The notes below the pieces were generated by a model. That model worked only from the letters and a program-made list of their open reading frames with translations. It made no database searches and was not told where the DNA came from. Shown here one piece after another: positions 18,048-26,185 of a stretch of DNA of 64,000 nucleotides. The DNA lies in assembly GCA_032250835.1 (NCBI GenBank), contig JAVVEA010000001.1, forward strand, positions 288,001 to 352,000, written 5' to 3'. This DNA is from a bacterium (lineage in GTDB: Bacteria > SAR324 > XYD2-FULL-50-16). Made by a program: the position numbers and the translations under genes. Position 1 is the first letter of the stretch. Each line of letters starts with the position of its first letter.

Positions 18048-18814
18048 CGCCACCCCGCCCACCAAGGGGCCAACGAGGGCCGGTAGAGCAGGGCAAAAAG
18101 CAGCAAGATGGCTTCGTTGATCAAGCAGGAAGCACCAATCAAGTCGCCGGTGATCCCGCCTAATCGTTTGGTTTGGGCCCAGCCAAAGAGGTGGGTAGCG
18201 CCCAGCGCCAACCCGAAGGCGGCCAAGGCACTGCCCCCAAATAGCCCGTAACACAGGCCCAAGCCCGATAGGGCAGCCAACCAACGCTGAACCTTGCCCG
18301 CACCGGCCATAAAAGCCCCGGCAGTCCCTTCAGCGCGGGCATTGGGGTAGGCCGTCATCAGCTCCACCATCATCGACCGACTCAACACCAACACCAGCAC
18401 CAACCACCAGCGCCCATCTTGTTCCAGTAAAGCGGTGGCCAAGGTCACCCAAAGCAAGAGGTACAACACCAAAGCGACGACCCCAAAGGCCCCATTGGTC
18501 GAGTCCTTCATGATCAACAACGCCTTCTCCCGGTTGTTTCCGGCCCCATAGCTGTCGGCCCAATCGGCCAAACCATCCAGGTGCAAGGCACGGGTCAAGA
18601 GGGCCAACAGGAGGGCCAAAAAAACGGCCTCCCCTTGGGCCCAAAGGCCCCAAGAAAGCGCCTCAAAGCCCCAACCGGCGAGCCAAAGCAGGGTCCCTAA
18701 AATCAACCCCACCCAAGGAAAACTAGACAGCGAGCGCGAGAGCTGGGCGGTGTCGGTTCCAGGGACCGGAAGTAGGGTCAGGGTACGGATAGCGGTAATC
18801 AACGGTGCTAACAT
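18044..18814 (-). CDS. cobS: Adenosylcobinamide-GDP ribazoletransferase (cobalamin synthase)
   Basis: TRALHLDGLADWAD, IMKDS..GAFG, GGITGDLIGA; polytopic membrane protein. Confidence 0.93.
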   Translation of the reverse strand: MLAPLITAIRTLTLLPVPGTDTAQLSRSLSSFPWVGLILGTLLWLAGWGFEALSWGLWAQGEAVFLALLLALLTRALHLDGLADWADSYGAGNNREKALLIMKDSTNGAFGVVALVLYLLLWVTLATALLEQDGRWWLVLVLVLSRSMMVELMTAYPNARAEGTAGAFMAGAGKVQRWLAALSGLGLCYGLFGGSALAAFGLALGATHLFGWAQTKRLGGITGDLIGASCLINEAILLLFALLYRPSLAPWWAGWR

Positions 18815-18947
18815 CTATTGCCAAGAAAAGGAGCGTTTACGAGCTTTTTACAGGGCTACCCCAGTTGCCCTCCCTTGGCAAGCCACCTCCCTTTGACAAA
18901 ACCGAGCAATCCCTCTAAACCTTAAGGAAACCGAAGTTAGAGGCCCT

Positions 18948-19094
18948 ATGCAAACGATCATGACCGACATCGTCTTTTTGGTGGCGCTGCTCTTAGTGGG
19001 CTACAAGACCGTAAATACTTGGCGACAGCTCTTTCCGAAGGGGTTTGACGTCTGGCTGGCTGAGCGCAAACAGACCCCCCCGGACGAAGGCTAA
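18948..19094 (+). CDS. Small 48-aa single-TM hypothetical protein
   Basis: Not in ORF track. MQTIMTDIVFLVALLLVGYKTVNTWRQLFPKGFDVWLAERKQTPPDEG; GAGG RBS, upstream TTGACA at 18893, stop 3 nt before the next gene. Confidence 0.5.
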   Translation: MQTIMTDIVFLVALLLVGYKTVNTWRQLFPKGFDVWLAERKQTPPDEG

Positions 19095-19097
19095 CGC

Positions 19098-20213
19098 TTG
19101 TCTCGATTCAAAGCCTATTTACCCTTAGTGGCGCTGTTTTTGGTTTGGGTTGCCCTGACCGCTGTGGCCGAACATTGGGATTGGGACCTTCGCTTCACCT
19201 CCCTCTTTTTTGACGCCGAACGCGGCGGGTTTTATCTAGCAGAGCAACAGCCCTTCAGGGCCCTCTTCGAGGTGGGCACTTGGCCTGGGTTGCTGCTAGG
19301 TCTGGGTTCTGGGGTCGCTTGGGCGCTGGGGTACTTCCGGCCCTGCTGGGCCCCATACCGACGCCGCTGGGCGGTGGTGTTCCTAACCGCGATTGTGGGC
19401 GGCGGGATTTTGGTGAATGGATTTTTAAAGGATTATTGGGGCCGCCCCAGGCCTCGCGAGGTCACCCAATTTGAGGGACGCTGGCCCTACCACCCCATCG
19501 CCCAACCGGGCACCCCCGGCAAAGGCAAATCCTTTCCTTGCGGCCATTGCACCTCCGGCTTTTTGTTGGTTTCCTTAGGGGCCTTTATCCCGACCCACCC
19601 CATCCCCGCCGGGATCGCCGTGGGCACGGGCTTGGCCTATGGGGCCTTGATGTCTTCGGCGAGGATCGTTCAGGGAGGCCATTTTCTCTCTGATGCCTTT
19701 TGGGCCTTGGGGACCGTACTGATGACCAGCGGCTTTTTTTATGTCCTCTTAGTCCGCAACCGTGATCTGAGCCAACAGGCCCAATTAAGCCGCCGGGGAA
19801 AATGGGGGTTGGCTTTGGGGGTGACGGCCTTTTTGGTCCTGTCCACCGGTCTGTTCATGACCCGCCGTCCCTATTTTAAGACCTACCATGACGGCTTTGA
19901 CCTAAACCCCCAGACCCGCCTCTTAGAGCTCCAGCTGAGCCAAGAGCCCCAAAGCTTTCATATCCGCTACAGCAACGTCCCTCGGATTATGCTGGTGGTG
20001 GACGTACAGGGATTAGGTTGGACCGAAGCGACCCACCGGATGTTTTACTTGCGCGAACAAGAAGGCCCCAAGCAGATCATCAAGGCCCGCTTCGTGCCGA
20101 TCAACTATTTTAGCGAAATCAGCCACGACGTGGTGTTACAGTTGCCTTTAGACTTTAAAGAAAAAGACCTACAGATCGAAACCCGCTACCTGATCACGCC
20201 CCCCATACCTTAA
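19098..20213 (+). CDS. PAP2-family membrane phosphatase with C-terminal extracytoplasmic domain
   Basis: KDYWGRPRP, SFPCGH and RIVQGGHFLSD (PAP2 motifs C1-C3). Confidence 0.85.
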   Translation: MSRFKAYLPLVALFLVWVALTAVAEHWDWDLRFTSLFFDAERGGFYLAEQQPFRALFEVGTWPGLLLGLGSGVAWALGYFRPCWAPYRRRWAVVFLTAIVGGGILVNGFLKDYWGRPRPREVTQFEGRWPYHPIAQPGTPGKGKSFPCGHCTSGFLLVSLGAFIPTHPIPAGIAVGTGLAYGALMSSARIVQGGHFLSDAFWALGTVLMTSGFFYVLLVRNRDLSQQAQLSRRGKWGLALGVTAFLVLSTGLFMTRRPYFKTYHDGFDLNPQTRLLELQLSQEPQSFHIRYSNVPRIMLVVDVQGLGWTEATHRMFYLREQEGPKQIIKARFVPINYFSEISHDVVLQLPLDFKEKDLQIETRYLITPPIP

Positions 20214-20218
20214 GGCCC

Positions 20219-21106
20219 ATGAAACGTTTGATCCAGATTCTGGGCGTCCACTCGGTCCGCGAGTTGCTGCGTTACAAGTCTTTTTTCTTACTGGTCTTTT
20301 TGCTTTTCTTGGCAGACCGGTTGTTGAAGCTCACCTTGGGTTCGGGAGCCAAGCCGCCGGGCTTGAGCGAGGCTAAGGCCTTAGGGCTAGACGCGGCGGG
20401 TTTTGTCTTTGAGCAACTGCCTAGCCTGCTGGGTGATTGGCTGCTCGATGGGCGGGTTTTGCTGGGCGCGCTGGCATTGTTTGTGATGAAACAACTCATT
20501 AGCATTTGGCCCAGTTCCGACATGCGCCGGATGCACCGCGGTGAGCGGCAGGGTTTCGGGCTGTTGGGTTCGCTGACGGTTTTACGTTGGCATCAGGTCC
20601 TTTGGGACCTGATCGCCGTCGGTAGCTTGAGCCTATTGACCCTCAGTTGGGCAGTGGGCACCTTTGTCTTGGCCAGGATTTGGTGGGACGCCCAAGGGGG
20701 CTTGGCGGCTCTGTTACTCTGGGCTGGGTTGCTGGGGTTGGTGGCCCCGGTGGTGTTAGCGGGGCTATCCTTTTCTTCGAAGTTGGCGGTCTTAAGCCAA
20801 GGGAGTTTCCGGCGCAAATTAACGCTCTACTTTAAGCTCTTTACGGATGCCCGCTTCTTTGCCAAGGCCTGGGCCTTTTATTCGCTGCGGACGATTTTAG
20901 AGGGGATATTTGTGGGCTTGGTACCGGCAGGGGCGTTGTTGTGGATCGAATCCTTTCCCCTGCGCATGCTGGTTGCCGCCCTTTCGGCGACGCCGGTCTA
21001 TTCATTCGTCAAGATGGCGAGCTTTAAGTTCTTCTTGTTCCTGTACCGGGACTACCCGGAAGTAAAAGAAGAGTACGCCCGCTATTATGAGGAATTAGAG
21101 TTTTAG
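20219..21106 (+). CDS. Hypothetical polytopic membrane protein
   Basis: 295-aa ORF with several hydrophobic segments, 5 nt after the PAP2 gene. Confidence 0.7.
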   Translation: MKRLIQILGVHSVRELLRYKSFFLLVFLLFLADRLLKLTLGSGAKPPGLSEAKALGLDAAGFVFEQLPSLLGDWLLDGRVLLGALALFVMKQLISIWPSSDMRRMHRGERQGFGLLGSLTVLRWHQVLWDLIAVGSLSLLTLSWAVGTFVLARIWWDAQGGLAALLLWAGLLGLVAPVVLAGLSFSSKLAVLSQGSFRRKLTLYFKLFTDARFFAKAWAFYSLRTILEGIFVGLVPAGALLWIESFPLRMLVAALSATPVYSFVKMASFKFFLFLYRDYPEVKEEYARYYEELEF

Positions 21107-21462
21107 TCTGCCTGGGCGTCTCGGTAGGCGATCAACGCGGCCACGGCTTCGGTTTTGAGGTCCTCAAGAGCCGCCACGGCGGTGCTCAATCCTTCGCGGT
21201 CCGAGGCCTTGCCCAGGTTTTCCATCGACTTAAGGTGCGCGGCAAAGCGCTCCAAACCCAAATTAAAACAAAGACCTTTCAGGTCATGGGCCCGGCGTAC
21301 CAATTGCTCATAATTGGCCGCTTCAAATAACTCGGCCAATTCAGAACAGGTTTGCTGGGCCTCGCTGGTGAAGACCTCAATGTATTCGTTAAAGAAGTCT
21401 AGGCCCAACTCATAGCGCGAGACGGTGACTTCTTCGTTCAACAGTTTAGGTAGGCTCATCAT
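21103..21462 (-). CDS. Stand-alone Hpt (histidine phosphotransfer) protein
   Basis: AHDLKG motif in a 119-aa helical protein. Confidence 0.82.
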   Translation of the reverse strand: MMSLPKLLNEEVTVSRYELGLDFFNEYIEVFTSEAQQTCSELAELFEAANYEQLVRRAHDLKGLCFNLGLERFAAHLKSMENLGKASDREGLSTAVAALEDLKTEAVAALIAYRDAQAD

Positions 21463-23324
21463 TCCCCTAATTTGCTTCTAAAGAGACGAAAGGGCATAGA
21501 CAAACCTTTTTGGCTGTCCAAAAAGCAATGCGCCCCTTTTATCCCCTGGTTACGACATCTAAAACGGTAAGCCCGGTATGAGCGATCCATCGCCAAGCAA
21601 TGGGCCTCTTCTAGCTGCTGGATCGTTAATTCGGGTCCTTTGAACCCCATTTCTAAAGACGCGAGGCAGGTCTTTCCGCGCCCTTCGTCGTAAACTATAC
21701 GACCGCCGCCCTTTCCGTCGAACTGAAAAAACAGCCGTACGGGCTCGCGGTCCTGGTTGGTCAGACTGGTATTGCTGATCCAAAGCCCCTTCGAAAAGGC
21801 CACATCTTGGTTTTCGGGCAAAATAAACAGCCGACTGAGTTGCTCTTTTAGCTCCGCTAACTCCCGCTTAAGCCTTCGGTTCTCTTCCTCAAGCTCCTTT
21901 TGCGGGGGGCTGCAACTGGGCTCAGCCGGTTGGGCTTGGATCGGTCGGCCTTTCAGCGCCGCCAAGGCCAAATCAGCCCGCACCAAGGGACCGATGCTTT
22001 GGCCCGCTTGGCCCCGTTGGATTTCAGCGCTGTTTAAGATCAAGGAAATTGCCCGCTCGGCCGTTAATTCGGGCTCGGCGCTAAACATCAGCCCCAACAC
22101 ACCAGCCACCAAGGGGGCGGCCATACTGGTCCCGTCTCGAGTCCCAAAGCGCCGCTCCGGCAGAGCCCCAAAAATCCCTACCCCAGGCGCACTGAGGTTG
22201 ACTTCAGGACCATAGTTTGAAAAGGAAGCGCGCGCACCATTTCGGTCCACCGCCCCGATGACTAAGCTCCCTTGCGCGCGTTTCATCGGGTCCAGGGCCG
22301 CCAAAAAATTATCATTACCCGCCGCCTGGACCACCACCGCTCCCTTATCGGCGGCGGCTTTAAAGAGGCGACGCCAAAAGATCACCTCTCCTTGGCTGGC
22401 GTTCATAAAAAGGTCCTTAACCCGCCGCTTTTGCAACTCTCCCATACCCGCAAAAGCCTCAGAAGGGAAAAAGCCCAAAGACAGGTTGATTACCTTGGCT
22501 CCCTTAAAAAGGGCGTAATAGATGCCGTTAGCCACCGAAGAAAGGGACAAATTCCCAGCGGCGTCCGAAGCCTGGATTAAGACCAACGAACAACCCGGAC
22601 AAGCCCCGGCGGCCCCCAGGGTGTTACCCGCACGTCCGGCGGCTAAGGAAGCCACATGGGTGCCATGGATCTCCAAATCTTTAGCGCCCACCAACTCGCG
22701 CTTACGGGTCGATGCGTTCCAATAGGTACGCACCCGGCCCAAAAGTTCGGGGTGGTTGCGGTCAAAGCCCGAGTCGATCACCGCAATACTCACCTCGGGT
22801 AGGCCCAAGGTCTGGTCCCATGCGTTAAATAGGCCCATGCGCCGGTAGGGCCAGGCATGCGGTTTTTGGCCCGAGACCAATTCGGGGTCTAGGGGCACCA
22901 GTTGGGTGTCTAAAAGCTGTTCAAAAAAGACCGCTTCAATCAAAGGGTGCCCGCTGAAGCGGCTTTTCCATTGTTCGGCTTGGCTCGGCGGAACTTCGGC
23001 CTGCAAGACGTTGGTTTGCGGGTCTAAGCCCACAAATTTCATCGGCTCGCCGCGGTACTTTTTTTGTAACACCGCCATCAACTCGGTGGCGTCGGCACCG
23101 GCTTTAAGCAGCAAGACCAGGCGATTTCGCACCACCCGGCGTTGCAGGGGGTCCTTTAAATCAGGCCCGACCTGCCTGGGGTCGATGGGCGCATAGCCGA
23201 CCAAAGAAGGGCCTGCCTTTTCGGCTACCCAGGCATCGGGGCCCACCAGCCATTGCTTTTGCTCAGCCCACAGGCTGGGGGCGTAAAGGAAGGCCAAAAC
23301 CCAAAGCAGCGCGAACCTGTTCAA
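21459..23324 (-). CDS. Secreted S8 subtilisin-like serine peptidase with C-terminal Cys-containing beta domain
   Basis: Signal peptide; catalytic triad IAVIDSG, HGTHVA, GTSMAAP; oxyanion AAGN. Confidence 0.9.
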   Translation of the reverse strand: MNRFALLWVLAFLYAPSLWAEQKQWLVGPDAWVAEKAGPSLVGYAPIDPRQVGPDLKDPLQRRVVRNRLVLLLKAGADATELMAVLQKKYRGEPMKFVGLDPQTNVLQAEVPPSQAEQWKSRFSGHPLIEAVFFEQLLDTQLVPLDPELVSGQKPHAWPYRRMGLFNAWDQTLGLPEVSIAVIDSGFDRNHPELLGRVRTYWNASTRKRELVGAKDLEIHGTHVASLAAGRAGNTLGAAGACPGCSLVLIQASDAAGNLSLSSVANGIYYALFKGAKVINLSLGFFPSEAFAGMGELQKRRVKDLFMNASQGEVIFWRRLFKAAADKGAVVVQAAGNDNFLAALDPMKRAQGSLVIGAVDRNGARASFSNYGPEVNLSAPGVGIFGALPERRFGTRDGTSMAAPLVAGVLGLMFSAEPELTAERAISLILNSAEIQRGQAGQSIGPLVRADLALAALKGRPIQAQPAEPSCSPPQKELEEENRRLKRELAELKEQLSRLFILPENQDVAFSKGLWISNTSLTNQDREPVRLFFQFDGKGGGRIVYDEGRGKTCLASLEMGFKGPELTIQQLEEAHCLAMDRSYRAYRFRCRNQGIKGAHCFLDSQKGLSMPFRLFRSKLGE

Positions 23325-23827
23325 CTTTCCTCTTGGGTGTTAAAAGGTAGGTTCAACGGCTGGACGTAGTTACCGGCGAAGTATTCTTCTTCGTGTGGGT
23401 TGCTGCAGAATAGGGCCCCGGCGCTGGGGTCCAAGCTAAGGCCGCAGTGTAGGCAGGCTCCGGCTTGTCGGCGGCGCTCTACTTCGGCTTTAACCCGCTC
23501 ATCCGCCGGGCGGAAGTCGGTTTCTAAGCGCTTTGAAGGCAGGGGTTTAGAGCTTTGCAGGGTTTCTTTGGCGACTTTTTTGAGTCGCTCCGTAGCCGCT
23601 TGGTCAACCAAAGGATTTTGCTCGACCAAGTCGCTTAGCTGCTGTTCTAATCCAGCGATGCGTTGGTCCATTTGGACTAAGTGAGCTTCGATGCGGTGCA
23701 AACCATCTAGCCCCGCTTGGATCGAAAAGAACCAATGGAAAAACCGGCGCAGCAAGAAAAAGGTCAAACCGAAGAGCGCAAGCATCAGCGCGAAGACATC
23801 GGCGAACTGTAAAAAAAAGGACGACAT
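23321..23827 (-). CDS. Hypothetical protein (N-terminal TM, coiled coil, CxxC...C..H tail)
   Basis: 168-aa ORF with GAGG RBS; stop overlaps the peptidase start. Confidence 0.65.
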   Translation of the reverse strand: MSSFFLQFADVFALMLALFGLTFFLLRRFFHWFFSIQAGLDGLHRIEAHLVQMDQRIAGLEQQLSDLVEQNPLVDQAATERLKKVAKETLQSSKPLPSKRLETDFRPADERVKAEVERRRQAGACLHCGLSLDPSAGALFCSNPHEEEYFAGNYVQPLNLPFNTQEES

Positions 23828-23891
23828 AAGGGCCTCTTGTGGTGGTTTTTACCATTCTAATGCCCTCAACGCATCAAGGCAAGACAGCTAC

Positions 23892-24368
23892 ATGAAACCC
23901 CGCATTTTAGCGTTGGATGTTGAAGGCACTCTTTTGGTCCATCAAGGCCGGTGGGTCCATTGCCGCTCCGGCCTGTTTGATTTTTTAGCCTGGGCCTTAA
24001 GCCGCTTTGAACGGGTTCCCTTTTATACCCTGTTAAGCGAAGCCCAAACCCGGCATATATTTGAGTTATTAAGCTCCCAGGGCGACGTCCCGGCGGACTT
24101 GATGCCCCGCTTTGAGTTTGTGGTCAACCCTGGCTGGGGTAAAGATTTAACGGCCATCGAAGGGGCAGAACTCGACGAAATCCGGTTGGTCGACGATTCA
24201 CCGGGCAACATATTAGAAGACCAGCGCCATCTTTGGCTCCCCATCAAAAGCTTTCGGGGACCCCAAGGGGTCAGTAGTGCTTTCGGCGCTACCGAGCCGG
24301 ACCCGCCTGATACAGAGCTGCAGCGAATCCAAACTATTTTAACGCAACAATTAGCGGCAAATGATTGA
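23892..24368 (+). CDS. HAD-superfamily (NIF/FCP1-like) phosphatase homologue
   Basis: From ATG 23892: ILALDVEGTL (motif I variant), GKDL, LVDDSPGN. Confidence 0.7.
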   Translation: MKPRILALDVEGTLLVHQGRWVHCRSGLFDFLAWALSRFERVPFYTLLSEAQTRHIFELLSSQGDVPADLMPRFEFVVNPGWGKDLTAIEGAELDEIRLVDDSPGNILEDQRHLWLPIKSFRGPQGVSSAFGATEPDPPDTELQRIQTILTQQLAAND

Positions 24369-24442
24369 GCTTTTTGGTTCTCTGAACTATGATCATCCTG
24401 CTTGAATCCTTAAGCTAAACTTAACGATAGGTCCCGCTCCAA

Positions 24443-26185
24443 ATGCTCGAAGCGTTCCGCAAAAAAAGTCGCGGCCACGAAGATCAGGCCAACGAATTTC
24501 TGGAAAAGGGAATGGACATGCTCGACGGCGGCATGTTCAAGCAGGCCATGATCCAATTCCAGCAGGCCATCGATACGGACAAAAAAGTCGCCCTACCGGC
24601 GATCTACAAGCACTTCAAAGAAAAGATCAAAGAAACCGATTGGGAAGCGGGCTTGGCGCTGGGTTTGATCGTCATCAAATACCGCCAAGCCGACGCCGAA
24701 TTGGCGAACTTGGTGGGCAACTGCTCTAGGCGGCAAAAAAACTTCAAACAGGCAAACAGCCTGTACCGGCATGCCCTCAAGGTAAACCCAAAGTTCCGTA
24801 CCGCCTTCTTCAACCTCGCCGCCAGTATGGGCAAGGTAGACAAATACGACGACGAAGTACGCCATTCGATCGAGACCTACGCCAACATGCAGGAGTACCT
24901 CCTGCCCGATTATTTTGGCGATCCGCTGTTGATGGAAAAGCTAGAAGAAGAGTTGACCGTAAAGAAACGCGAAGAAGTCACCGAGCGGATCCAACGTTTA
25001 GAGCTAGAATTAGCCCAGGCCGAAGCCGACGACGACTACCTAGAACAACGCCGATTGAACATGGAGTTAGACCTCGCCACCAAGGCAGAGATCAAACCCG
25101 AGCCCGAAATGGTCTTTCCGGTCTTAGAAGAAAGGGTTCGCCAGGCGGAGAAAAAAGAGAACCCCAGCTTAAAAGAGATGGCCTTTGAATACATGAACCT
25201 AGCCATCTATTCGATCAGTCAAAACGACGGGAAGCGGGCCTTAAAGACCTTGATTGATATGGACAAGATGGGTTTGGTCGCCGAGTACCAAACCATGCTC
25301 AAGGCTATCGCCATGGACCTTACGGGCAGTCCCGAAGACGCTAACGACCTCTTCATGCACGCCCTACAAGAAGACACCAACAACCGCTACCTCAACCTCA
25401 ACTTAGGGATCTTGCACCGCCGTCGGGGCAACTCGCTGCTGGCGACCAAGTACCTCGCTATTGGGGCCTCGTTGCTGGAGAAATCCGATGGCCTGTACCG
25501 CCTCAGCGAGCTGATCAAAATTGCCGATAAGTCCTACGAGCAAGGTAACATCGATAAAGCCCTGAATCTTTACCGGATCGTCTGTAACGAGGTGGACTAC
25601 CCTGAGCCGTTCATGAAGCTCGGTGACATCCACCTCAACCGAGATGAGCTAGAAGAAGCCACCGGGGCCTTCCATCAGGTTTTAAACAAAGACCCCAACA
25701 ACAGCGTCGCCCGCGAACGATTGCGCGAAATCCACGATTCTTACTTCGAAAAGGCCGAAGCCTTCTTTCGAGACAACAAATACAAGGCCGCCTCGGGCGT
25801 TTTTGAGCGTGCCCTTTCGGTGATGCGTTTACCCGAAACGATCCGCAAGACCGCTTCGGTTTATCAGGTGATGCGTAAGCCCCTGAAGGCTGAAGTCCTG
25901 ATGAAGGAATACGAGGAGCTGAAGGAGCAAGAAAAGGTCTTACAAGAAGAAAAAGAGCGCCAATCGAACATCATCTTAGGCAAGGCCTACCTGAAGAAGA
26001 AACATTGGTCCAAAGCGATCGAGCACTTTGAAATTGCCTTTAGGATGAAGCTCGACAAAGACGTGTTTGTTTATCTGGCGACGATCTACCGCAACTTGCG
26101 TAAAACCGAAGAAATGCGTGACCTGCTCACTAGGTACAACCGCATGGTGGAGCACGAAGAGAAGGTTAAGCGTTTCGCCGAGTGA
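24443..26185 (+). CDS. Tetratricopeptide repeat protein
   Basis: Multiple TPR-like units (e.g. ANSLYRHALKVNP, AFHQVLNKDPNN, AIEHFEIAF); 580 aa. Confidence 0.82.
   Translation: MLEAFRKKSRGHEDQANEFLEKGMDMLDGGMFKQAMIQFQQAIDTDKKVALPAIYKHFKEKIKETDWEAGLALGLIVIKYRQADAELANLVGNCSRRQKNFKQANSLYRHALKVNPKFRTAFFNLAASMGKVDKYDDEVRHSIETYANMQEYLLPDYFGDPLLMEKLEEELTVKKREEVTERIQRLELELAQAEADDDYLEQRRLNMELDLATKAEIKPEPEMVFPVLEERVRQAEKKENPSLKEMAFEYMNLAIYSISQNDGKRALKTLIDMDKMGLVAEYQTMLKAIAMDLTGSPEDANDLFMHALQEDTNNRYLNLNLGILHRRRGNSLLATKYLAIGASLLEKSDGLYRLSELIKIADKSYEQGNIDKALNLYRIVCNEVDYPEPFMKLGDIHLNRDELEEATGAFHQVLNKDPNNSVARERLREIHDSYFEKAEAFFRDNKYKAASGVFERALSVMRLPETIRKTASVYQVMRKPLKAEVLMKEYEELKEQEKVLQEEKERQSNIILGKAYLKKKHWSKAIEHFEIAFRMKLDKDVFVYLATIYRNLRKTEEMRDLLTRYNRMVEHEEKVKRFAE

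Noticed and set aside
18048-18284. ORF-track N-terminal extension of cobQ (560 aa)
   Set aside because: It overlaps cobS in another frame; the CobQ motif begins right after ATG 18047, which overlaps the cobS stop.
23691-23891. Lys-rich N-terminal extension of the HAD ORF
   Set aside because: Antisense to the TM-encoding start of the 23321-23827 gene; the HAD motif starts just after ATG 23892.
24443-26185. TPR protein as magnetosome MamA or a defence-system component
   Set aside because: Far longer than MamA, no mam-like neighbours, and no nuclease or NTPase motif seen.
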